A DNA stretch of 64,000 nucleotides, from the NCBI GenBank assembly GCA_964607415.1, contig CAZSKK010000002.1, positions 73,991-137,990 of the forward strand. The letters are read 5' to 3'. This DNA comes from an uncultured Candidatus Saccharibacteria bacterium (GTDB lineage: Bacteria > Patescibacteriota > Dojkabacteria > J137). The translations under genes and the position numbers were made by a program. Below, piece after piece: positions 53,774 to 62,405 of this stretch (positions within the stretch are counted from its first letter, which is position 1; each line of letters opens with the position of its first letter). The notes beneath the pieces are model-generated. The model was not told the DNA's origin. It worked only from the letters and a program-made list of their open reading frames with translations, and made no database searches.

Positions 53774-55108
53774 CTATTCTTTTACATAAAACACCTGTCC
53801 CACCACATTATTTTCTTTAAGGAACTCTTTAATTTGCTGTACCAATTGAGTTTGAGTGCCGCCGTTACTAACTACAAAAAGCGGCATAACTTCATTATAA
53901 ACATTACTAGTATTACTGGCAAACCCTGTTGACGAAAAATCAGTAGGTGCTAGGTTTTTAAGCCGCTCTTTTAAAGCTGTATACTCTTCTCTACTCATAG
54001 AATTTAGAGCAGTTGTAATTATTGCCGCATTCATCTTTGCAAGTTCTTTACTTTTATTATCTAACTCTACTCTAAAGTCATTATAAGTTCTATTATGTAA
54101 AATATTTAAAATGCTAGACTGAAGTTTTTGAAGTTCGGTTTCCAGAGCTTTTGCCCAAGCCGATTTTACAAAAACAGCATTTCTCGATTCGTGAATGTCG
54201 GTAGGATTTGGCTCAACTTCTGGCTCTTTGTTATAAAATTGTAAATCAACTGGGGATTCCAATAAATTGAGTAATATTAAGTTTAATATTTGAAGAAACA
54301 AACCAAATAAACCTACTATTATAACCGTTTTAGAAAAAGATCCGAAATAAAGGCTTACTGTTATTAGAAATTGCAAAATAATAAGAATCAATAACCCCTT
54401 TGCTCTGAAGGCAAAATCATCTTCATCTTTACGGACAAGGAAATTTGCAAAAGAATTTGTAAGTTGTAGTTTTTGCTCTCCGAAAAGTCTTTCTGCTTTA
54501 AGCTCACTAATATTTTTTCCCGCAAGATCACGATTTACTTCCTGCTTATAAAATGAAAGGTCATCTTTAATTGCATTTTGAATTATCATGTAATCCTGAA
54601 TTTCAATGCTAAGCTTTTGCATGTTATCTACCTCTTGCTCTTTTTCTTGGGCTTTTATCTCTGTTTTTACTACAAAATCCATTTTCTGCTCGTAGTCCTT
54701 AATTTTTTGAAAGTCGGATTTTAAGCTATTTGTAGATTCTTTGAGTTTAATATTTTTTTGTTCAAGAAGAGTTTTAAAATCCTCAATTGAAACTGCACTC
54801 TCAATGTTTATTATCCTTGAGTTCAGATTTTCTTGTGTAAATTCTTGATTTGTGATTTTTGAAATATATTCAAAAAAATTTTCGAAGGTATGATTTCCAT
54901 CTATATATAAATCCAGCGTGCCTTTTGAATAATCCTTTTTTAATTTGAGCTTTTGTCCTGAAAAGTCAAAATCTATTTCAATAAGTTCTTTAGTAAAATT
55001 TGCAAAACCATAAAGATCAGCAAGTTCTCTAAAAACTTTTTGAGGCAAATTTTTAGAAAGATCTACTGCTGAGTTATCGATTTTGACAGATATTAATGAA
55101 ATACTCAT
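53774..55108 (-). CDS. Hypothetical coiled-coil protein with two central TMs
   Basis: 444-aa ORF; coiled coil-TM-TM-coiled coil; no intact Walker motif. Confidence 0.6.
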   Translation of the reverse strand: MSISLISVKIDNSAVDLSKNLPQKVFRELADLYGFANFTKELIEIDFDFSGQKLKLKKDYSKGTLDLYIDGNHTFENFFEYISKITNQEFTQENLNSRIINIESAVSIEDFKTLLEQKNIKLKESTNSLKSDFQKIKDYEQKMDFVVKTEIKAQEKEQEVDNMQKLSIEIQDYMIIQNAIKDDLSFYKQEVNRDLAGKNISELKAERLFGEQKLQLTNSFANFLVRKDEDDFAFRAKGLLILIILQFLITVSLYFGSFSKTVIIVGLFGLFLQILNLILLNLLESPVDLQFYNKEPEVEPNPTDIHESRNAVFVKSAWAKALETELQKLQSSILNILHNRTYNDFRVELDNKSKELAKMNAAIITTALNSMSREEYTALKERLKNLAPTDFSSTGFASNTSNVYNEVMPLFVVSNGGTQTQLVQQIKEFLKENNVVGQVFYVKE

Positions 55109-55191
55109 TAATATATACTAGCAGAAATAAACTTCAAAATAAAAAACTTGAGAAGCAAGTTTTAATAAAACCCATCCCCAAAAAAGCTAGA

Positions 55192-55932
55192 TTAATACCT
55201 AATCCAAACACCCCCACTACATTCATATGTATCAAAAGCAGGCACTGCACCGCCTCCAACTTGATTGCATGTATGTGTCTGCCCTTCTGGAGCACATGCG
55301 TATCCTGAAGCATCGGGTTGAGAAAAATTACATGGATCTCCAACCATCAAGCCCTTAGGATCTGTACAAAGTTCAGGGAAGAAAAATTGAAATCTTGGTA
55401 AAGTGTCGAATTGGTAACACTTAACATCTCCATTTAACCCCAAAACTCTAAAAAAGGTAGTCAAAATAGGGATAGCTGTAAATACTAGAATAAAGCCTAA
55501 AACATAATTTATTATTCTTTGCCTTATTGCAGTAATTTTTGTTACATCACCTCGAGTAATTGTATATTGATAACCAAGATAGACTAACATTAAAAATGAG
55601 AATGATCCCACCAAACCCCATACGATATATACTACCCTTACAAACCAAACTTCTGCCTGTTGTAGTTTAGGAGGTCTTAAAAGTGCTTTCTCTGTAGATA
55701 TTATTGCGCCTGATCCATCTTTATACAAACATTGGCAAAGTTGTTTTGAAGAATCATATATTAATTGCGACGAACCGCCGCTCACGTCTCTACATTGATA
55801 ACTACTGCAACTTGAGCTATTAGCTGAAAAATCAAAATCCTGAAACTGTGCAGAAGCATTTCTTATAAGTGAAAGAAATGAGAAAGATGCTACAAATACG
55901 AATAATGTAGCTATAAATGCCCTGCTACCCAT
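55192..55932 (-). CDS. Pilin-like (TrbC/VirB2-like) protein with Cys-rich extensions
   Basis: Signal peptide; TM-GYQYTITRGDVTKITAIRQRIINYVLG-TM hairpin; ten Cys. Confidence 0.65.
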   Translation of the reverse strand: MGSRAFIATLFVFVASFSFLSLIRNASAQFQDFDFSANSSSCSSYQCRDVSGGSSQLIYDSSKQLCQCLYKDGSGAIISTEKALLRPPKLQQAEVWFVRVVYIVWGLVGSFSFLMLVYLGYQYTITRGDVTKITAIRQRIINYVLGFILVFTAIPILTTFFRVLGLNGDVKCYQFDTLPRFQFFFPELCTDPKGLMVGDPCNFSQPDASGYACAPEGQTHTCNQVGGGAVPAFDTYECSGGVWIRY

Positions 55933-55944
55933 AATGTTTTTGAA

Positions 55945-56418
55945 TTAAATTGGTAAATCAATTCCAAAACCATCATCAGGTCTATCAACTTCATCTTGGC
56001 TCAAGCCACCTGTAGCATTGAAGAACGCAATTACAACCACAATCCCTATAATTCCTATAAATAATGCTGCAATTCCAATAAATACACTCTTTATTGCTTT
56101 TTGTGCTTCTTGAATTTTATCAGCATCTCCTTCACTTCTAATATACTTAACAGCAGCCTTAATGATAATGTAAATTGAAACAACAATAATTCCAACAAAT
56201 ACTAGTGATAGCCCGAATTGGACAAGTCCTGCAGTTGTATCCACTGCGTCTTGGGCACCTGTTGTTTCACCAGTACATAAAGAATCGCTTAAAAAAGATA
56301 CATTCTTTAAAAATGGGAATATATCGTCACAGATTACGTTTTGTGCATGTACATTTGGTGTATAAATAGAGAAAAATGAAACTACTAATAAAAGAACACT
56401 TAAAACTTTTCTTTTCAT
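55945..56418 (-). CDS. Pilin-like (TrbC/VirB2-like) protein
   Basis: Signal peptide ending VHA; TM-KYIRSEGDADKIQEAQKAIKSVFIG-TM. Confidence 0.72.
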   Translation of the reverse strand: MKRKVLSVLLLVVSFFSIYTPNVHAQNVICDDIFPFLKNVSFLSDSLCTGETTGAQDAVDTTAGLVQFGLSLVFVGIIVVSIYIIIKAAVKYIRSEGDADKIQEAQKAIKSVFIGIAALFIGIIGIVVVIAFFNATGGLSQDEVDRPDDGFGIDLPI

Positions 56419-56470
56419 TTTTTTTGTTTGATTTAAAAGATAAGTAACGAATTAAGTATAATTTACAATA

Positions 56471-56995
56471 TTAATCTACAAATGGCAAGTTTGAGCCAGG
56501 GTCTGGGGATTCCAAATCAGGCGAAAATATTCCAGAACCACTAAATAACCCAACCACTACTATCAAACCTATTAATCCTATAAATATAACAGCGATCCCT
56601 ATCATTACTGCTTTTATTCCAGCAAATCCTTCCTGAACCTTTTCTGCATTTGATTCAGCTCTGATTATTGTAAGGCTGGCCTTGATAACTAAAAAGATTC
56701 CATAAATAATTATTAAAACAAAAATTATACTTAGCCCAAAACTTACATATTCTTCTATAGTATTATTTACAGCATCTTCGGAGGACCCTTGATCTGGATT
56801 TAATGGACCAGGACAAGGAAATATATCGCAGAAGGTAAAGCTGTCTGCACTTGAAGCCTGGACGGTGTTTCTGCCTAGAAATGGAGATATTGTAAACACA
56901 GTAAATGCAAATAGCCCTAAGGACATAGCGTATAGCGTATAGCGTATAGCTTGTTGTCTTTTCATTTTCCATTTTTCATTTTTCATTTCTTTCAT
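56471..56995 (-). CDS. Pilin-like (TrbC/VirB2-like) protein
   Basis: TM-IIRAESNAEKVQEGFAGIKAVMIG-TM; paralog of 55945-56418 (DIFP, FGLS). Confidence 0.7.
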   Translation of the reverse strand: MKEMKNEKWKMKRQQAIRYTLYAMSLGLFAFTVFTISPFLGRNTVQASSADSFTFCDIFPCPGPLNPDQGSSEDAVNNTIEEYVSFGLSIIFVLIIIYGIFLVIKASLTIIRAESNAEKVQEGFAGIKAVMIGIAVIFIGLIGLIVVVGLFSGSGIFSPDLESPDPGSNLPFVD

Positions 56996-57086
56996 ATTAA
57001 TTGCTTATGGGTTAGAGATTTACGTGTTTGCGCTATGCTGAAAGAACTTTTGAACTCATTAACTCGCTAACACAAAAACACACAAA

Positions 57087-57668
57087 CTATTGTATAAAAC
57101 ATACACTATCCGCTTCTTCTTTTGAGTCAAGCAACCCAAATGCCTGATAATAGTATTGTACTTCTTTACCATCAATAGTAGTATTGCATTCTCTAAAAGC
57201 TAAAGGCCAATTCCACACTGCTCCAAGTCCCAAGAAAGCACCAACGACTACAATAATTATTGGGAAAACGAAGGTAAGTGCTGCACCTTCTAGAACCGCT
57301 CTAACTTTTTTTACTGCCTCTTGCAACCCTTCTTGGTTTGACGCATTTTTCATGGCTTTTATTCCTGTCATTACAATTTTTATAATCCAAAATATCACAA
57401 TCGCTAATAAAACTACGTTAAAGCCAAAAGATATATATGACATTGTTGTGCTGTATTTAGTATCAAGTGCAAGCTGGGGGAAAAATGGAACTTTTATTTG
57501 CTCCAATCCTACGTTGTCATCAATATTAAAATCTTCATTAAAGTCTACGGATTGCCCCACAACATTTGTAGACAGAAACGTAAAGCTCAAGATTAGGCAT
57601 ATACCGACTAGCGAATAGCTTATAGCGTATAGCGTATTATTGTTTTGCTTGTTCAATTTGAATCCCAT
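57087..57668 (-). CDS. Pilin-like (TrbC/VirB2-like) protein
   Basis: TM-GIKAMKNASNQEGLQEAVKKVRAVLEG-TM; C-terminal Cys pair. Confidence 0.65.
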   Translation of the reverse strand: MGFKLNKQNNNTLYAISYSLVGICLILSFTFLSTNVVGQSVDFNEDFNIDDNVGLEQIKVPFFPQLALDTKYSTTMSYISFGFNVVLLAIVIFWIIKIVMTGIKAMKNASNQEGLQEAVKKVRAVLEGAALTFVFPIIIVVVGAFLGLGAVWNWPLAFRECNTTIDGKEVQYYYQAFGLLDSKEEADSVCFIQ

Positions 57669-57744
57669 TTATTTAGATTAATACTCGTTTAAAGTTATAA
57701 GGTTAGAATGTTTTAACGTTGAAACATTACAACATTTTAACCAG

Positions 57745-58383
57745 TTACGTTATAGTTATTACTGTTCCTGGATCTGGATCACCCAGAATTATTAACTGAT
57801 TTAAACTACCCAACCCTAGTGCGCTGAATACCAATTGTACTATTATAATCACCATCCATAAAAGTATAAACCCAGGAATTATCGCCTTCAAAATTTCATT
57901 ATATATAGCTTGTATTTCTTCTGGATTTTCAGTATTCGCTCTTTTTACTGCTCCAAGATAAACTCCTCTGCCTAATGCATATAGCGAACCTGCGCCTAAA
58001 GTTGTAGTAATCAAGACATTAATTAATGCTACAAGCTTTCTATTTGATTTGACATAAAATCTAGTACCAAAAGCGTCAACTTCGTCAAAAACTTCAGGCT
58101 CTGTAATACTGCTTGATGAGCCTCTGCACTTATTATTACAACAAATGGTTGTAGGATTTAATATCTTTGCATTTACGCACTGGAAATCTGGTTCGTAACA
58201 GTCCGTATCCTCGCTATTTTCACACGCCCTTGGACATGAAACAGGTGTACCAAGTGGAGGTAGACAATCAGAAGTACCTTTAACCTTCTGACTTTCTGGT
58301 ACTGTTAACGCTACTAAAAATATGAAAACAGCAGAAAATAATATAATAAAAAATTTTAGTCGATTTAGTTGAGACATAGTCAA
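57745..58383 (-). CDS. Pilin-like protein with Cys-rich N-terminal domain
   Basis: Signal/TM, eight Cys, then TM-RANTENPEEIQAIYNEILKAIIPG-TM. Confidence 0.6.
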   Translation of the reverse strand: MTMSQLNRLKFFIILFSAVFIFLVALTVPESQKVKGTSDCLPPLGTPVSCPRACENSEDTDCYEPDFQCVNAKILNPTTICCNNKCRGSSSSITEPEVFDEVDAFGTRFYVKSNRKLVALINVLITTTLGAGSLYALGRGVYLGAVKRANTENPEEIQAIYNEILKAIIPGFILLWMVIIIVQLVFSALGLGSLNQLIILGDPDPGTVITIT

Positions 58384-58412
58384 TAATTAAGAATAGGAAT
58401 CAAACAAGGCTT

Positions 58413-58787
58413 CTAAATTGTAAAAAGTTGATCTGTTCCCAACAATCCAGCAACTGCGTTTACAATTGTTGGTGCTAAAACTGCTATAGCAAATCCTGTT
58501 GCCGCTGCAATTATAATCTTTGTACTGCTTGCAATTTTCTCTGCATCTGTTTTGGCAGTTAATCTAACCCACCCTCCATATAAAACCATTGCTCCAAATG
58601 TTAAGATAAAAATAGGTCTGATTAAAGAAGTGGCTACATTGATTAGTTCTTCTAGACTATCGTATTTTGAAGGATTTGGAATTGTGTAATCAAACTCCTG
58701 AGCAGAAACTCCAAAGAGTTTTCCTGCAAAAGCAAGTACAAAAAGAAATGATGTAATTGTTAAGAACAGCTGTTTTGATTTTTTCAT
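58413..58787 (-). CDS. Pilin-like (TrbC/VirB2-like) protein
   Basis: Start ATG 58787 (MKKSKQ); signal ending VSA; IPNP; YGGWVRLTAKTDAEKIASSTKIIIAAATG. Confidence 0.75.
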   Translation of the reverse strand: MKKSKQLFLTITSFLFVLAFAGKLFGVSAQEFDYTIPNPSKYDSLEELINVATSLIRPIFILTFGAMVLYGGWVRLTAKTDAEKIASSTKIIIAAATGFAIAVLAPTIVNAVAGLLGTDQLFTI

Positions 58788-58796
58788 GCATACTTG

Positions 58797-58868
58797 TGTC
58801 ATCCCGAGGGAAATCGAGGGATGAATTATATAAACGTATGTCATGGTTCGATTTCCCTCACCATGACA
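58797..58868. repeat. REP-like inverted pair (GTCATCCCGAG..TCGAGGG / GGTTCGA..CTCACCATGAC)
   Basis: TGTCAT...GAGGGAAATCGA pairs with TCGATTTCCCTC...ATGACA; intergenic. Confidence 0.75.
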
Positions 58869-58875
58869 ACTGACC

Positions 58876-61461
58876 TTAATATACTTTCGCATCTAACCCA
58901 TCAAATTCAACACCTTTTCCACTAACCAATTCGCGACTAATAATCAAATCTGCTAGTTTGTCTTCAATTGTGTCTTGCACTATTCTTCTTAGTTCTCTTG
59001 CACCGTAAACAATGTTATACCCAAGTTTAGTTAATTCATTAAGTGTTTCCTGATTCCACTTTAGGTCCATTCCTTTGTCGTTCAATCTTTTGTCTATATC
59101 ATTTAACATTATTTCGCAAATTTGTTCAACTTCTGATTTATTTAGTGGCTTAAACATTACGATTTTATCAAATCTATTTAAAAACTCGATTCTATAAATT
59201 TTTCTAAGTTCTGGTAAAGTTTGGGTTTGTATATCTTCGTATTTAATATTTTTTGCTGTCAATTCTGCAATTTCTTTCGATGCGGCATTACTCGTTGCAA
59301 TAATAATTGTATTAGAGAAATCAATAACTCTACCAGCCCCATCAGTAATCCTTCCATCGTCCAATATCTGAAGAAATAAATCAAGAACTTTTGGATTTGC
59401 TTTTTCTAATTCGTCAAGAAGGATTAAACTGAATGGTCTTGATTTAACAGCTTCTGTTAGAAGCCCGCCCAAATAGTTTCCGTTAGAATCTGAATATCCG
59501 ATCAATCTATTCAAATTCTTATCCTCGTGAAATTCTGACATATCAAGCCTAATCATCAACTTCTCGTCACCATAATAAAGCCCCGCCAGTGTCTTTGCTA
59601 CTTCCGTTTTCCCTACTCCTGTAGGGCCATAGAACAAAAAAGAAGCCACAGGCCTTCTGCCACTTGCTAAACCTGACCTTGATCTTCTTAAAGCACTTGC
59701 TACCGATCTTATTGCCTGATCTTGTCCTATTACTCTTTTATGCATTTCTTGTTCGAGGCTTTGAAGTAGTTTCGATTCTTCATCAGAAATACTCCCAACA
59801 TTTACACCTGTTTTTTTCTTTAATAATTCATCTACAGTATTTTCATCAACAAATTTTAAGCCTAAATTTTTTGCTGTTATAAAAGATTCTTCCAAAAGTG
59901 CTATCCCCTTGTCTGGCATTGATCTTTCGTATTCAAATTTTGGGGCAAATTCTACAATTCTTTTTATTGCTTTAAATCTTATTGGTATTTGATATTTTGA
60001 CTCAAGTGGTTTTACTTCATCCAAAAGTATTTGCAATGAAAGATTACTTGCAGGTTCGTTCAAAAATACTGTTGAAAATAAACTTGCCAGATTTTTAAGT
60101 GGCTTAACACCCTGGTTGTAATACTCGTTTGTGGTTGTAGCAATCACTTTAATATTGCTTTGACTAATCATATTTACAATCAAATTAATTACTTCCAATC
60201 GACCTTCAGTTCTAATTGTTAAAACTTGAGAGAAATCCTCTAAAACCAAAACAATATTTCCAGATGAAACTATTTCTTCCAGAATTTTTTGTAAGTTCAT
60301 CTTAAAATTATCGATTGAAGAAGATTTTGTAAAAACTTTATTTAGATCAATAACAACCATTCTGTAATCTTTTAAAGAATCAGGAACATCTTCAACAACC
60401 ATTTTTGTTGCTATGCTTCGCAGAAAATGAGTTTTTCCAACTCCCGGCTCTCCAATTAAAAGGCATGCCGCACCATTTTTTCGCTCTAAAATTCTGAATA
60501 AATCTGTAGTTTCAGATTCTCTGCCAATCATTACTTCAAAGTTATTAGTAGCCGCCTGAGTTGTAAAGTCAGATCCAAATGTATCCAAAGTTGGAGTAGC
60601 TTTAGAAGTGTATGCCCTGTTAATTGCACCCTTTGGTTTTAATTTAGATAAACGTTGCCAGATTGTAAAGTACTGAGATTTTGTTCTTTCATTCTTAATC
60701 CACATCCTTAAGCCTTGAATTTCAAGCTCGCCAATATCTAAATCTTTTAAAGGTTGATTCCAGTAAAATCTTGCCAATGTTGTTAATAAAACCACTTCAT
60801 CGATTTTATTAGCCTCAAGAGTTAAAGCTTCATTAAATACGCGTAAAAATAGATCCTTAAAATTTGTATCAAAGCTTGTATCTTTTGTTTTAAAGTATTC
60901 AATAATTCTTTGTCTAATGATTGATTGCTCTGCACCTAGTCTACTTAGAACAATCTTGGAAATTTCAGGATTTTGTAAAATATTGTCGGATAATGCAAGA
61001 AGAAATTGCGAATCGTATTTAAAATAGATTTTATCTATCAAATTAAAAACCGAATCTGAAAGATAATTATCTATTTCTACATTGTGTAATTTGCCATCCG
61101 CCTTTATTTTCTTTTTAACGTGAGTAAGCTCCAAATCTTCCCAGTTTTCGCCAAATTGATTTTTATTTCGATTTAGAAATAAAGAATAAAGAATGAAAAA
61201 TATTGAAAAATAAGGAATCAAAAACAGAGTTTTGGTCGGGGAAAAAACTTCTTTCACTTCAAAACTTCCGTTTAGGATTATAAGCAAATATGGAATTATT
61301 AATATAAATAGCCCTAAAAACAGAACGAATTTTGCAGCATTTTTTTCAATTGCGTCTTTGGATTCATGTTCACCATGGAACCTAAATAAATCATCAAAAT
61401 CTATAACCAGATTTAGATTTGAAAGGGTTCCTATTTGTGTTTTGCCTTTATAGATTTTCAT
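58876..61461 (-). CDS. Membrane-anchored ClpA/ClpB-like AAA+ ATPase
   Basis: Two N-terminal TMs; GEPGVGKT with altered Walker B (LVLEDF); GPTGVGKT/LLDELEK; GARELRR; no IGF/LGF loop seen. Confidence 0.85.
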   Translation of the reverse strand: MKIYKGKTQIGTLSNLNLVIDFDDLFRFHGEHESKDAIEKNAAKFVLFLGLFILIIPYLLIILNGSFEVKEVFSPTKTLFLIPYFSIFFILYSLFLNRNKNQFGENWEDLELTHVKKKIKADGKLHNVEIDNYLSDSVFNLIDKIYFKYDSQFLLALSDNILQNPEISKIVLSRLGAEQSIIRQRIIEYFKTKDTSFDTNFKDLFLRVFNEALTLEANKIDEVVLLTTLARFYWNQPLKDLDIGELEIQGLRMWIKNERTKSQYFTIWQRLSKLKPKGAINRAYTSKATPTLDTFGSDFTTQAATNNFEVMIGRESETTDLFRILERKNGAACLLIGEPGVGKTHFLRSIATKMVVEDVPDSLKDYRMVVIDLNKVFTKSSSIDNFKMNLQKILEEIVSSGNIVLVLEDFSQVLTIRTEGRLEVINLIVNMISQSNIKVIATTTNEYYNQGVKPLKNLASLFSTVFLNEPASNLSLQILLDEVKPLESKYQIPIRFKAIKRIVEFAPKFEYERSMPDKGIALLEESFITAKNLGLKFVDENTVDELLKKKTGVNVGSISDEESKLLQSLEQEMHKRVIGQDQAIRSVASALRRSRSGLASGRRPVASFLFYGPTGVGKTEVAKTLAGLYYGDEKLMIRLDMSEFHEDKNLNRLIGYSDSNGNYLGGLLTEAVKSRPFSLILLDELEKANPKVLDLFLQILDDGRITDGAGRVIDFSNTIIIATSNAASKEIAELTAKNIKYEDIQTQTLPELRKIYRIEFLNRFDKIVMFKPLNKSEVEQICEIMLNDIDKRLNDKGMDLKWNQETLNELTKLGYNIVYGARELRRIVQDTIEDKLADLIISRELVSGKGVEFDGLDAKVY

Positions 61462-61536
61462 AAAGTTCGAATAACCCCATTCTTCTTATTCTCGAATACA
61501 CAATGTGTATTCTCGCCCTTTAATTAAAGGTAGGGG

Positions 61537-61854
61537 TCACAATATCATTCTTGCCACCTGCACCAACGGCAGAAATGGCAACACAATTAAAATTAATAAC
61601 GCCAAGAAATAAGGCATAATCATTATTACTGAAAACAAAGTACCAAATCCAATCCACCAAAATCTAATAAATACACCAATGAATTTACCAGCGCCTGTGT
61701 TATCTCCAAACATTGGTACAAACAAATTTTTAGCCATGGGTAGTGTATTTGTAAGGTTTAGTAAAAACACAAACCTGTACAAAGTGAGCCTAAAAAAGCT
61801 CCTAACTTTAACAAGATAGTACCAGTAGAAGAAGTTTATAAAGTATTCATTCAT
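61537..61854 (-). CDS. Small membrane protein upstream of membrane Clp ATPase
   Basis: FFYWYY...KNLFVPM...IGVFIR pattern, hydrophobic C-terminus. Confidence 0.65.
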   Translation of the reverse strand: MNEYFINFFYWYYLVKVRSFFRLTLYRFVFLLNLTNTLPMAKNLFVPMFGDNTGAGKFIGVFIRFWWIGFGTLFSVIMIMPYFLALLILIVLPFLPLVQVARMIL

Positions 61855-61875
61855 ATATTAAGCATATTCTACTTA

Positions 61876-61927
61876 CTTCTCCTTAAGGAGAAGTCGATTT
61901 TGCCTTTGTGCAAAATCGGATGAGGTT
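61876..61927. repeat. BoxC-like half element
   Basis: CTTCTCC-TTAA-GGAGAAG-TCGATTTTGC..GCAAAATCG-GATGAGG; same layout as 35300-35345. Confidence 0.65.
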
Positions 61928-61957
61928 TTTAAATTAACTCTTAAAGATATTGTATAT

Positions 61958-62140
61958 GAAGTAGCGAAAGAGGAAAAGAGCAAATTAGGTACAAGATTTA
62001 GAGGTAAAGAGCAAAAGAGCTAAACAGGTTAGAGGTATGAGGTTAGTGGTTAGAGGAATAGAGCAAGAGAGGCTTGAGGTAAAGGGCGAAAGAGGTAGAG
62101 AGGTGAAAAGGTTTAGAGCAATAGAGAGCAAATGGTTGGA
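61958..62140 (+). repeat. Purine-rich degenerate 7-8-mer tract (AGAGGTA/AGAGCAA)
   Basis: About 180 nt with strong strand asymmetry and roughly 20 short units. Confidence 0.7.
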
Positions 62141-62251
62141 TTTCCTCTCCCTCTGGGAGAGGACTTAGGTGAGGGTGTGATCAGAAAGCTTTAGGCTCAC
62201 CTCACCCGTACTCACTGCGTTCGTACGACCTCTCCTCAAAAGGAGAGGAAA
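62141..62251. repeat. BoxC-like composite palindromic repeat
   Basis: Inverted homolog of 35298-35387. Confidence 0.8.
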
Positions 62252-62405
62252 TTAAAAACGAAATTTTACTTTTGTTCTAGCTATGTGCTATGCGCTATAT
62301 GCTTACCTTAACTCGTTTCTTAAATTTGGAATTTTGGAATTTGGAGTTTATTTTGATCTTTGAAGCTTTGATCTTGTACTTCGCCAAACGTCATACTTCC
62401 TACGT

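Noticed and set aside
58788-58892. N-terminal extension of the first pilin ORF as given in the track
   Set aside because: It reads through a REP-like palindrome and overlaps the Clp gene end; ATG 58787 gives a normal signal peptide.
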